DNA of 64,000 nt. It comes from Flavobacteriales bacterium (GTDB lineage: Bacteria > Bacteroidota > Bacteroidia > Flavobacteriales_D > Crocinitomicaceae). This document shows, one piece after another, positions 48,081-57,718 of this stretch. The notes beneath the pieces were generated by a model. That model was not told the DNA's origin. It worked only from the letters and a program-made list of their open reading frames with translations, and made no database searches. The stretch is from positions 3,479 to 67,478 of the forward strand of contig RFPM01000001.1 in assembly GCA_009926125.1 (NCBI GenBank), in the 5' to 3' direction. The position numbers and the translations under genes were made by a program. The stretch's first letter is position 1. Each line of letters opens with the position of its first letter.

Positions 48081-48998
48081 ATGAATCCTACAATAGATCG
48101 TTTGCGTTTAGCTCATTTTGGGAACATTGAATTACTTGCTAAACAGGTAGTTGAGGGATTTATTACGGGTTTGCATAAAAGTCCATTTCATGGGTTTTCA
48201 GTAGAATTTGCAGAACATCGTTTGTATAATACGGGAGAATCTACTCGACATATTGATTGGAAGTTGTTTGCAAGAACTGAAAAAATGTTTACTAAGAAAT
48301 ATGAGGAAGAAACAAATTTAAGGTGTCAAATTGTAATTGATTCATCAAGTTCCATGCATTTTTCCAATGATACTATTTCAAAACTTGAATTTTCAATTTA
48401 TGCTGCAGCAAGTATTATAGAATTGTTAAAACGTCAACGTGATGCGGTAGGCTTGAGTTTATTTAATGCTGAGCTTGAATTGCACACTCAAGGAAAATCT
48501 TCTGCGGCACATCATCGCTATTTGTTTAGCGAATTGGAAGCGCGTTTGAGAAATTATGATGAAAAAAAGAAAAAAGCAACAAATACAATTTCTATTCTTC
48601 ATGATATTGCTGAATTAACTCACAGAAGAAGTTTAGTAGTTGTTTTTTCTGATTTATTAGATGATCCTGAATCTATTGATGAGTTATTCCGTGCCTTACA
48701 ACACTTAAAGCATAACAAACACGAAGTGCTGTTATTTCATGTAGTAAATAAAAAAATTGAAGTAGATTTTGAACTTGAAAATAGACCTTATCAATTAGTA
48801 GATATGGAAACAGGTGAAAAAATAAAATTGCAGACTGCAGAAATTAAAGAATTATATGTTGAGGGAATTCAAAAATATTTCAATGAAATTTCGCTTCGCT
48901 GTGCTAATCATCGTATTGATTTTATGCCTGCAGATATAAATGAAGGATATGATCAGGTTTTATTACAGTATTTGCTGAAAAGGCAAAAAATGAATTAA
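48081..48998 (+). CDS. DUF58 domain protein
   Basis: SPFHGFSVEFAEHRLYNTGESTRHIDWKLFARTEK is the DUF58 signature. A VWA-like C-terminal half follows. Confidence 0.8.
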   Translation: MNPTIDRLRLAHFGNIELLAKQVVEGFITGLHKSPFHGFSVEFAEHRLYNTGESTRHIDWKLFARTEKMFTKKYEEETNLRCQIVIDSSSSMHFSNDTISKLEFSIYAAASIIELLKRQRDAVGLSLFNAELELHTQGKSSAAHHRYLFSELEARLRNYDEKKKKATNTISILHDIAELTHRRSLVVVFSDLLDDPESIDELFRALQHLKHNKHEVLLFHVVNKKIEVDFELENRPYQLVDMETGEKIKLQTAEIKELYVEGIQKYFNEISLRCANHRIDFMPADINEGYDQVLLQYLLKRQKMN

Positions 48999-49463
48999 TC
49001 ATTTCTCAATAGCATATTTTACTTGCATTCCTAATAAAAAATTCCTTAGTATTTGGTCTTTGCATGGTCTGTAATGGGCGTGGTCAGGATGCCGGAAAAA
49101 AGCACTTAACTCGTGTTTACTGATTCGCATATTTACTAGATCAAGGATATCTAAAATATCTTCATCTTTTAATTCAAGTGCAATTTTCAATTTTCTAAGA
49201 ATGATATTATTGTTTAATTGTTTTTCGACTATTGGTACTTCCCCATCTTTTTTCCCGCGATTTGCTACAATCATTCCGTTTAGAAAAAAAGCTAATTTTT
49301 GATCATTTAAGGCTTGAAATGCTTCGTCATCATCTTTCTTCAACCAATCGCTAATCTCAGCTCTTGTAACTTCTTTACCAGCATATTCAAATAATTCAAT
49401 CATCTTTGAATCGCTGTAATCGAAAATAAAACGGATTCGTCGAATTATGCTATTGTTATTCAT
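48999..49463 (-). CDS. DUF1456 (YehS-like) protein
   Basis: 154 aa made of two copies of a ~70-aa repeat (IIRRIRFIFDY...; ILRKLKIALEL...). Confidence 0.6.
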   Translation of the reverse strand: MNNNSIIRRIRFIFDYSDSKMIELFEYAGKEVTRAEISDWLKKDDDEAFQALNDQKLAFFLNGMIVANRGKKDGEVPIVEKQLNNNIILRKLKIALELKDEDILDILDLVNMRISKHELSAFFRHPDHAHYRPCKDQILRNFLLGMQVKYAIEK

Positions 49464-49496
49464 ATGCTTTTTATTTTACGTTAAGACAAACAAACT

Positions 49497-50753
49497 TCAC
49501 TTATCAATTTTAGTTAGTGCTTGTTCAATATCATAAATAATATCCTCGTAAAATTCTACACCTATTGAAAGTCGCACCATTTTTTCAGTGATGGAAAGTT
49601 TATTTTTTAGTGCAGGATCAAGATCTACATGCGTCATTGTTGCTGGATGTTCAGCTAAACTTTCAGTTCCACCTAAACTCACTGCCAACTTTATAAGTTT
49701 TAAGGAATTTAAAAAACGAAAAGCATCCTTTTCTGCTCCTTTGACATCAAATGAAATCATTCCACCATTGCTGAGGCATTGTTTATTTTTAATATGGAAT
49801 TGAGCTCCATCTTTTTCGCTTAGATTTCCGATATAATAGACTTTTTCTACAAGAGGATGCGTGTTTAAAAAAGCAGCTACTTTTTCAGCATTTATTGCCT
49901 GTGTATCCATACGAACCTTGAGCGTTTCCAAACTTCTAAGTAATAACCATCCTGAATTGGGACTAGCCATATTTCCAAGAAATGTTCTCAATCCCTTCAC
50001 TCTTTTCATTAATTCTTTTGATCCCAAGCATGCTCCTGCAATCACATCGCTATGTCCACCAATATATTTAGTTGCAGAATAAAGAACTATATCGGCTCCA
50101 TGTTTTAAAGGATGCTGCCAGATTGGTCCCATGTATGTATTGTCAACTGCTAAATAAATTTCTTTCTCCGAGCTAGAAAAATACTTTGCAATTTCTTTAC
50201 TTTCTTCAATATCAATTAAGTCGTTTGTTGGATTTGCAGGAGTTTCGATGTAAACCATTGCTAACTTATCTGCAATTCCAGTATTCTCGACTAACTGAAT
50301 AATATCTTTTTTGGTTTGACCAACACTAAATTCGGCTACACTTATCCCGAATTTCGGAAGTATTTTTTTTATAAAATGGTCACTTCCACCGTATACTGGA
50401 TTACTAATAAGAAGTAAATCTCCAGGTTTTAGGAATTCCAAAAGTACAGTTGTAATAGCAGCCATTCCGCTTTCAAATACAGCACATTCCTCTGCTTCAT
50501 CCCAAAGTGTTAGTCTATTCTCTAATATTTCAAGATCTGGATTATTAATTCTGCTGTAGATTAGACCAAGTTCTTCCCCTTCGTTTTTTTCTCGATGACC
50601 ATAAGCGACTTCAAAAAATGCTTTTCCTTCCTCGGCACTTTTGAAAACAAATGTTGAGGTTTGAAAAATCGGACATTTTATAGCGCCTTCAGATAATTCA
50701 GGTTTGTAGCCGTAAGACATCATCAAACTTTCGGGCTTCATTTTTCGTTCCAT
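49497..50753 (-). CDS. Cys/Met-metabolism PLP enzyme (cystathionine gamma-lyase/synthase or methionine gamma-lyase family)
   Basis: PLP lysine context YSATKYIGGHSDV. NPTN motif. Family-typical length. Confidence 0.8.
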   Translation of the reverse strand: MERKMKPESLMMSYGYKPELSEGAIKCPIFQTSTFVFKSAEEGKAFFEVAYGHREKNEGEELGLIYSRINNPDLEILENRLTLWDEAEECAVFESGMAAITTVLLEFLKPGDLLLISNPVYGGSDHFIKKILPKFGISVAEFSVGQTKKDIIQLVENTGIADKLAMVYIETPANPTNDLIDIEESKEIAKYFSSSEKEIYLAVDNTYMGPIWQHPLKHGADIVLYSATKYIGGHSDVIAGACLGSKELMKRVKGLRTFLGNMASPNSGWLLLRSLETLKVRMDTQAINAEKVAAFLNTHPLVEKVYYIGNLSEKDGAQFHIKNKQCLSNGGMISFDVKGAEKDAFRFLNSLKLIKLAVSLGGTESLAEHPATMTHVDLDPALKNKLSITEKMVRLSIGVEFYEDIIYDIEQALTKIDK

Positions 50754-50888
50754 TTTTGTATTTTTCTATATTCTTTATATGTAATTCCTTTGCGAAATTA
50801 CTCTAATTTTATTAGAACAATATAGAATTTGTTTATCCAAGGCTTAGCCATATAAATAGCTCTATCTTAATGGTAGATTTAAATGTCG

Positions 50889-50896
50889 TACCTTTG
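50889..50896 (+). promoter_or_regulatory. -7 box (TACCTTTG) for era-der
   Basis: Matches TAnnTTTG. Lies 20 nt upstream of the ATG at 50917. Confidence 0.5.
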
Positions 50897-50916
50897 CAAG
50901 CAATTTAGCGTAAATA

Positions 50917-51792
50917 ATGGCACACAAATCAGGTTTTGTAAACATTGTAGGAAGTCCAAATGTTGGAAAATCAACATTGATGAACCAATTAATGGGTGAG
51001 AAATTATCTATCGTAACCTCAAAGGCACAAACTACTCGCCATCGTATTTTAGGGATTTTAAATGATGAGGATTACCAAATTGTTTTTTCAGATACGCCGG
51101 GCGTTGTCAACGCAGCATACAAGTTGCATGAAACAATGATGGATTATGTCAATACATCTTTAAAAGATGCCGATGTTCTTTTATTTATAACTGATACCAT
51201 TGAGACAGATATGAACCACAAGGAAACGTTGGTTAAAATAAAGAAATTAAAAGTCCCGGTTTTATGTATTATTAATAAGATTGACTTATCAAATCAAGCA
51301 GATTTAACAGCAAGAGTTTTGTATTGGCAAGAACAACTTCCATCTGCTGCAATTTTCCCAATTTCTGCGCTACATAATGCAAATATTGATCAAGTTTGGC
51401 AACGTATTTTGACTTTGATTCCTGAAAATCCGCCTTATTACGATAAAGAGGAGATCTCTGATCGTCCGATGCGCTTTTTTATTTCTGAAATTATCCGTGA
51501 AAAAATTTTTCTGTTTTGTGAGAAAGAAGTTCCTTACAGCTGTCAAGTAGAAATTGAAGAATACATTGAAGAAGGGCTTTTAATAAAGATTCGAGCTTTG
51601 ATTATTGTTGAGCGAGATTCCCAAAAAGGAATTCTTATCGGTAAGCGTGGAGAGATGTTACAGCGAATTGGAAAAGCAGCTCGAGAAGAGATGGAACAGT
51701 TTTTAAATGCAAAAGTCTTTTTAGAGAATTATGTGAAAGTCGACAAGGATTGGCGTTCAACGGATGAGAAATTAAAAAAATACGGATATTAA
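50917..51792 (+). CDS. era: GTPase Era
   Basis: GSPNVGKST, DTPG, NKID, and a C-terminal KH domain (VERDSQKGILIGKRG). Confidence 0.95.
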   Translation: MAHKSGFVNIVGSPNVGKSTLMNQLMGEKLSIVTSKAQTTRHRILGILNDEDYQIVFSDTPGVVNAAYKLHETMMDYVNTSLKDADVLLFITDTIETDMNHKETLVKIKKLKVPVLCIINKIDLSNQADLTARVLYWQEQLPSAAIFPISALHNANIDQVWQRILTLIPENPPYYDKEEISDRPMRFFISEIIREKIFLFCEKEVPYSCQVEIEEYIEEGLLIKIRALIIVERDSQKGILIGKRGEMLQRIGKAAREEMEQFLNAKVFLENYVKVDKDWRSTDEKLKKYGY

Positions 51793-51824
51793 TTCCAGTA
51801 AATAAATTAGTAGAATAGAAATCA

Positions 51825-53135
51825 ATGGGCAATATTGTAGCTATAGTAGGAAGACCAAATGTTGGAAAATCAACATTGTTTAATCGCTTAACAGAATCCA
51901 GAGATGCGATTGTAAAAGAGGTTAGTGGTGTTACGCGTGATAGAATTTATGGCAAAGGGGAGTGGAATGGCTATCAGTTTTCTGTAATTGATACTGGTGG
52001 TTATGCCACTGTTAAAGAAGATATTTTTGAAGGTGAAATCAGAAAACAAGTTGAACTCGCAGTCGAAGAAGCAACTCTTATTCTCTTTATGGTTGATGTA
52101 ATGACTGGAATTGGAGAAATGGATCAAGTTGTTGCAGAATTATTGCGAAAGAGTAAAAAGCCAGTGATGATTGTAGCCAATAAAGTTGACAATGTCGAAC
52201 GTGTTGGTCTGTCTTCTGAATTTTATTCCTTTGGTCTTGGTGATGTTTATGATTTGTCGGCAATTAATGGCAGTGGAACAGGAGAAATTTTGGACGCAGC
52301 AGTAAAATATTTAGATAAAACTGATGAATCTGTTCGTGAAGAAGATTCCCTGCCGCGTTTTGCAATTGTCGGTCGACCAAATGTTGGTAAATCGTCTTTA
52401 GTGAATGCTTTTACAGGTCAAGAAAGAAATATTGTAACTGATATTTCTGGAACAACACGTGACTCAATACATACACGATATAAGGCCTTTGGCTTTGATT
52501 TTTTAATGATTGACACTGCTGGAATTCGTAAGAAAGCAAAAGTTACTGAGGACATTGAATATTATTCCGTTTTACGTTCTGTTAGAACAATCGAAAATGC
52601 AGATGTATGCTTATTTCTAATGGATGCAAGTGAAGGACTTCAAAAGCAAGATTTAAGCATTTATTACATGATTGAAAAAAATTCCAAGGGTGTAGTTGTC
52701 TTGGTAAATAAATGGGATCTAGTAGAGAAAGATCATACGACAATGTTGGAATATGAAGCAAATTTGAGAGAGCAATTAGCACCTTTCAATGACGTTCCGA
52801 TTATTTTTACTTCAACGATAACAAAACAGCGAATTCATAAAGCTTTGGAGTCTGCAATGAGGGTTCATGAAAATCGTACAAGAAAAATAACGACTTCAAA
52901 ATTGAATGATGTGATGTTGGATATTATTAATGCAACTCCACCTCCTGCAATTAAGGGAAAATACATTAAAATTAAATATGTTCAACAGTTACCAACACAT
53001 TCTCCGGCTTTTGCTATTTTCTGCAATCTGCCTCAATATGTACCTGAATCTTATAAGCGATTTTTAGAAAATAGAATTCGAGAACAATTTGATTTTGAGG
53101 GAGTGCCAGTTAAAATTTTCTTTCGAAAGAAGTAA
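51825..53135 (+). CDS. der: Ribosome-biogenesis GTPase Der (EngA)
   Basis: Two tandem G-domains (GRPNVGKST and GRPNVGKSS, each with DTGG/DTAG and NKVD/NKWD) plus a KH-like C-terminus. Confidence 0.95.
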   Translation: MGNIVAIVGRPNVGKSTLFNRLTESRDAIVKEVSGVTRDRIYGKGEWNGYQFSVIDTGGYATVKEDIFEGEIRKQVELAVEEATLILFMVDVMTGIGEMDQVVAELLRKSKKPVMIVANKVDNVERVGLSSEFYSFGLGDVYDLSAINGSGTGEILDAAVKYLDKTDESVREEDSLPRFAIVGRPNVGKSSLVNAFTGQERNIVTDISGTTRDSIHTRYKAFGFDFLMIDTAGIRKKAKVTEDIEYYSVLRSVRTIENADVCLFLMDASEGLQKQDLSIYYMIEKNSKGVVVLVNKWDLVEKDHTTMLEYEANLREQLAPFNDVPIIFTSTITKQRIHKALESAMRVHENRTRKITTSKLNDVMLDIINATPPPAIKGKYIKIKYVQQLPTHSPAFAIFCNLPQYVPESYKRFLENRIREQFDFEGVPVKIFFRKK

Positions 53136-53201
53136 ATCACTATTTATCATTTTTTGTTCATATAAATCATTAATTAAATTCATATCGTTTAAAATTTTAT
53201 T

Positions 53202-53209
53202 TAAGTTTG
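53202..53209 (+). promoter_or_regulatory. -7 box (TAAGTTTG) for the split T9SS gene and the TonB-dependent receptor
   Basis: Matches TAnnTTTG. Lies 41 nt upstream of the signal-peptide ATG at 53251. Confidence 0.4.
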
Positions 53210-53250
53210 TTATGAATTTTTATTATTCTTCATATTTAAAACAAACGACC

Positions 53251-54043
53251 ATGAAAAATACTTTTACTTTTTGTATCATTGCTTTTTCACTTTCTACATT
53301 ATTTGCCCAACAGCAAATTGGAAATTCAAATATGGAAGAATGGGATAATATTGGTCTAACAACTGAGGAACCTACTAATTGGAATGGATTTAAGACTGCG
53401 AGTGGTGGCTTATCCGGCTTTGCTTCGCAGCAAGTTTTTAGGTCAACAGCCATTCGTTCAGGAGCTTCTGGGATGTATTGCGCACGAATTTTTTCTAAAT
53501 CAATTATAGGAATAGTTGCAAATGGTACATTGACCCTTGGCAGAATTAATATGGGAAGTTCATCATGATGCTTTTGATGTTCACGATCCAATTGATGCAG
53601 CATCGAGTCCACATGTTATTTCAACTGCAGCATATAATTTCTCTCCAAATACAGCATGGGTTCGTCATTCTGTTCCATTTACTTCTTTTATTCAACCACC
53701 ACTTCCACCAATACCGACACCTGCTTATATACTTGTTACTTTTGCAACGAATGCTATTGCAGGAGGAGGCGCTGCAAATGATGAGGTCTTAATTGATGAC
53801 ATACAATTAATCTACAATTCTTCTGTTGGAATTACTGAAGCAAACTCAAATATTCCTTTTGCTCATTACTCCACGGAAAATGGTCTGCTCATTAAAGAAT
53901 CAAATCAGAACTATCATATTTTCAATTTATCAGGAAAACAAATAAAGTCGGGTTTAGATAGCGAGTTAAATGGTTTAAAATTAAATTCTGGAGTCTATTT
54001 TCTCAAATCAAATAGTAGAACTGAGAAAATCTTTGTCCCATAA
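53251..54043 (+). pseudogene. Frameshift-split T9SS-sorted secreted protein (N-part resembles a PCMD-type domain)
   Basis: ORF A (53251-53568) carries the signal peptide MKNTFTFCIIAFSLSTLFAQ and stops at a TGA. ORF B, in the +1 frame and open from 53534, has no leader but carries the type-A CTD (YHIFNLSGKQI...GVYFLKSNSRTEKIFVP). Confidence 0.6.
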
Positions 54044-54052
54044 AATTTCGGA

Positions 54053-56479
54053 ATGCGTTTCCTTATTTTAATTACTATTTTAAGTTGCTTATCGAATTCA
54101 CTTTTTTCGCAAACTGCAAAGATCGAGGGTTTTGTAAGAGATGATAAAGGAAACCTTATTGTTGGTGCATCTGTTATTTATAGAAAAGACATCACTTTTG
54201 GAGCAATCACCAATGAAAAAGGATTTTACGAGTTAAGCATACCAAGTGGTTTATGCAGAATTGTTGTTCGATATACAGGAATGATTTCTGACACAGTTAG
54301 CATTGAGATTTCTGAAAATGAAGTTAAAAATGCAGATTTTACTCTGAATTCATATATCAAAGAATTTCAGCAAGTAGATGTTAAGGTTGGCAAGTTCGAT
54401 AAACCAATTCAAGAGCAGACAGTTACAATGTTGGTGCTGAAGCCAGAAATGATAGAGAATAAAAATACCCGCAGCATTGAATCTGCCTTAGATCAAACTC
54501 CGGGACTTAATATTTTGGATGGAGAGCCTCAAATTAGAGGAGGAAGTGGCTTTACATTTGGAGTTGGCTCTAAGGTTGCAGTAATTGTCGATGATATGCC
54601 AATGTTATCTGGTGATGCTGGAAGACCTGAATGGGGATTTATTCCGGTAGAAAATATTAGTCAAATTGAGGTGATAAAAGGTGCAGCTTCAGTTTTATCA
54701 GGAAGTTCAGCATTGTCGGGTTCCGTTCACATTAGAACGGCTTATCCAACATCTAAACCGCTAACAAAAATCAATGTTTATTCAGGATTTTATTCCATTC
54801 CAAATTCTCCAAATTCTAAATGGTGGAATCAGTATCCGGGTATAAATGGGCTCAATTTCTTGCATTCTAAAATGTATGGAAATTTAGATTTAGTTATAGG
54901 TGGAAATTTAAACATGGATCATGGCTATATTGGACCTCCGATAACAGATTCAATAGTTGCAACGGTTTTTCCTGACACCTTGTCAAATTTCACTGAGAAA
55001 GAATTAATTTCCAAAAGAGCTCGACTTAATTTTAACTTGCGCTATCGTTCTCAAAAGGTTAAGGGCTTAAACTATGGTGTTAATGGAAATGTCATGGCTC
55101 TGCATACAAATATGCCGCTTGCTTGGTTAAATGATTCTTCTGGCTTATACCGCGCTTATCCGGGAGCAATTTTTATGCAAGATCAAATTATTTTTAATGT
55201 GGATCCATTTGTTAACTTTTTTACACAAGCAAATGGGAAACATTATCTAAGAACACGCATTTTACATGTTGACAATAAAATGAGTGCAAATCAGTCAAAT
55301 CGCGCCTCAACTTATTACGGAGATTATATGTTTCAAAAAAGTTATCCAAACTTAAAAAATCTTGATTTTATTGGTGGCTTAACAGGGACATTCACAAATT
55401 CTTTTGCAAATATCTATGTTGGTTCTGGCTCCCCAAACAATCAATTGCTCAATCTATCAGCATACACGCAAATAGAAAGTAAATTCAATAGTTCTCTAAA
55501 TGTTACTGCAGGAGGTCGCTTAGAATATTTTCAATTGAATGATACGATTACTGCATTAAAACCTATTTTTAGAGCTGGAGCAAGTCTTAAAATATACCAG
55601 GAAACATATATTAGAGCTTCTTATGGGCAAGGGTACCGTTTTCCAACAATTACCGAGCGTTTTATAAAAACGGGTGTCGGAAATTTTGGTGTTTTCCCAA
55701 ATCCAAATCTGAAGCCAGAAAGCAGTTGGAATGCTGAAATAGGCATAAAACAAGGTTTGAAATTGGGAGGCGTAATGGGCTATTTAGACATTGCAGGTTT
55801 TTGGCAAGAATACCAAAATACCATTGAATACATGTTTGGTATTTGGAAACCTTTCACATCTCCAGAAACAATGAGCTCTGGTGCTGGATTTATGTTTTTA
55901 AATACAGGTAAATCTCAAGTTTTAGGAATAGATGCATCATTTGCTGGTCAAGCTAACTTTTCAAAAAAATCATCCGTGACATTTTTATTAGGTTACAATT
56001 ACATAGTTCCAACAACTTTAACGCCTGATTATGAATATGCACAAGATTCTGTTGGTAGAGTTTTTAGCTATAATACAACCTCGCTAGATCCGAAACAAAA
56101 GATTTTAAAATACCGGTTTTTACACAATGTAAAGCTTGACGCGGAATATACTTATAATAAAAAGTTCTCTTTTGGAATGAGCGGAAAGTATTTCTCAAAA
56201 ATTGTAAATATGGATAAAATTATTAAAGATTTTGAACAAACAACAATTGACTTTGATATACTTCAAGATTTGCGTTACATGGATTATTTCAATGCGCACC
56301 GTTTCGGTAATTGGATTTTTGACTGTCGGATTTCTTACAATCTTACAGAAACACATAAATTCGCTTTAGTCGGAAGCAATATTTTAAATCGCAGCTATTC
56401 TTTGAGGCCATTAAAGATAGAGGCTCCCAGAACAATCATGATTCAATATACTTGCAAGTTACAGGGAAAAGCGAAGTAA
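54053..56479 (+). CDS. TonB-dependent receptor with N-terminal CarboxypepD_reg-like domain
   Basis: Signal peptide, AKIEGFVRDDKGNLIVGASV, plug region (QIEVIKGAASVLSGSSALSG), and a long beta-barrel. Confidence 0.85.
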   Translation: MRFLILITILSCLSNSLFSQTAKIEGFVRDDKGNLIVGASVIYRKDITFGAITNEKGFYELSIPSGLCRIVVRYTGMISDTVSIEISENEVKNADFTLNSYIKEFQQVDVKVGKFDKPIQEQTVTMLVLKPEMIENKNTRSIESALDQTPGLNILDGEPQIRGGSGFTFGVGSKVAVIVDDMPMLSGDAGRPEWGFIPVENISQIEVIKGAASVLSGSSALSGSVHIRTAYPTSKPLTKINVYSGFYSIPNSPNSKWWNQYPGINGLNFLHSKMYGNLDLVIGGNLNMDHGYIGPPITDSIVATVFPDTLSNFTEKELISKRARLNFNLRYRSQKVKGLNYGVNGNVMALHTNMPLAWLNDSSGLYRAYPGAIFMQDQIIFNVDPFVNFFTQANGKHYLRTRILHVDNKMSANQSNRASTYYGDYMFQKSYPNLKNLDFIGGLTGTFTNSFANIYVGSGSPNNQLLNLSAYTQIESKFNSSLNVTAGGRLEYFQLNDTITALKPIFRAGASLKIYQETYIRASYGQGYRFPTITERFIKTGVGNFGVFPNPNLKPESSWNAEIGIKQGLKLGGVMGYLDIAGFWQEYQNTIEYMFGIWKPFTSPETMSSGAGFMFLNTGKSQVLGIDASFAGQANFSKKSSVTFLLGYNYIVPTTLTPDYEYAQDSVGRVFSYNTTSLDPKQKILKYRFLHNVKLDAEYTYNKKFSFGMSGKYFSKIVNMDKIIKDFEQTTIDFDILQDLRYMDYFNAHRFGNWIFDCRISYNLTETHKFALVGSNILNRSYSLRPLKIEAPRTIMIQYTCKLQGKAK

Positions 56480-57718
56480 TTACGTAGTTTCTAATTCGTA
56501 CCTCAAGTAATTTAGAGCACTTGAAACCGTCATTTGTACTGTCCTTTCTCTGTTGTCTCCAAATTGAAATTTCTTTACGATGGTCTTAGTTGGTAAAGCA
56601 ATGGCAATCCAAACGAGTCCAACAGGTTTTTCTATTGATCCGCCATTTGGTCCGGCAATACCACTAGTAGAAATACAGCAATCTACGCCCAATTTTTTTC
56701 GACCGCCAATAGCCATTTCCTTGACAACTTCCTCACTTACTGCACCAAATTTTTCGAGGGTTTCAGGTGAAACATCAGCCAGACTAATCTTTAATGAGTT
56801 ACTGTAAGTAAGTAAGGATCCCATGAAATAATCAGATGCACCAGAAATACTACAGATTTGGCTCGCTAATAATCCAGAAGTACAGCTTTCAACAGTTCCA
56901 ATTGTCATTTTTCTTGTGCGAAGCATTTCTCCAATTACTTGTGTCAAACTCTCGTTTTCAAAACCATAAAGAGCTTCAGGAATTAAATTTTTTAGCTCAT
57001 CAAAATAAGCATCAATTATTTTCTTGTCTTCTTCTCCACGATAAGAGGTAATTCTAAGTTTTACCAAACCAGGTGAAGGCAGATAAGCAAGTCCGAGATT
57101 ATTAGAACGAATAGAATTTTCCCAATTGTAAATTATCTCTGCTAAAAAAGACTCGCCAATTCCCTGCGTTAGTGCTGTTTTATGATAGATGGATTTTAAA
57201 CTAAATTTTTCTTTTAATCTTGGAATAACTTCCTCCAACATAATTCCTTTCATTTCATAAGGAACTCCGGGAAGACTAATGAATATTTTTCCTTTTTCTT
57301 CAAACCACATTCCAGCTGCAGTTCCGTAATTGTTGTTCAAAATCTCACAATTTAGAGGCAGTTCTGCTTGTTGAATATTCGCTTCAAGCATCGGTCGGTT
57401 TCTTTTGAAGAAATAGTCTTCAATTTTCTTTAATGTAGGAAGATGAACTTCTAAACGTGTGTTAAAATAGCTACAAAGTGTATGTTTAGTTATGTCATCT
57501 TTCGTTGGACCTAAGCCTCCAGTTATAATAATGCAGTCTGTATTTGAATCGATTGAATCCAAGGAACTTTGAATTGCTTCAGTGGTATCTGAAATAACTG
57601 TAGTACGAACAATACGTGCTCCAATAAGCGACATTTCTTGTCCAATCCAAGCTGCGTTGGTATTAATTGTTTGTCCAATCAATAACTCGTCGCCAATACT
57701 TAGGAGTTCAATGTTCAT
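56480..57718 (-). CDS. cinA: CinA-family competence/damage-inducible protein (MoCF-binding domain + nicotinamide-nucleotide amidase domain)
   Basis: MNIELLSIGDELLIGQTINTNAAW, ITGGLGPTKDD, and a C-terminal PncC-like domain. Confidence 0.9.
   Translation of the reverse strand: MNIELLSIGDELLIGQTINTNAAWIGQEMSLIGARIVRTTVISDTTEAIQSSLDSIDSNTDCIIITGGLGPTKDDITKHTLCSYFNTRLEVHLPTLKKIEDYFFKRNRPMLEANIQQAELPLNCEILNNNYGTAAGMWFEEKGKIFISLPGVPYEMKGIMLEEVIPRLKEKFSLKSIYHKTALTQGIGESFLAEIIYNWENSIRSNNLGLAYLPSPGLVKLRITSYRGEEDKKIIDAYFDELKNLIPEALYGFENESLTQVIGEMLRTRKMTIGTVESCTSGLLASQICSISGASDYFMGSLLTYSNSLKISLADVSPETLEKFGAVSEEVVKEMAIGGRKKLGVDCCISTSGIAGPNGGSIEKPVGLVWIAIALPTKTIVKKFQFGDNRERTVQMTVSSALNYLRYELETT

Noticed and set aside
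50754-50916. Possible SAM (or other) riboswitch in the 163-bp region upstream of the Cys/Met PLP enzyme gene
   Set aside because: The minus-strand leader is very A/T-rich and lacks the G/C-rich conserved cores of SAM-I/II-type elements. I found no convincing helices.
53136-54052. Cobalamin riboswitch or B12-box near the TonB-dependent receptor, also considered near the BtuF-like gene at 25742
   Set aside because: No B12-box-like G/C-rich element is present. The receptor has a CarboxypepD_reg N-domain rather than a BtuB-like layout, and the BtuF-like gene has no upstream intergenic space.
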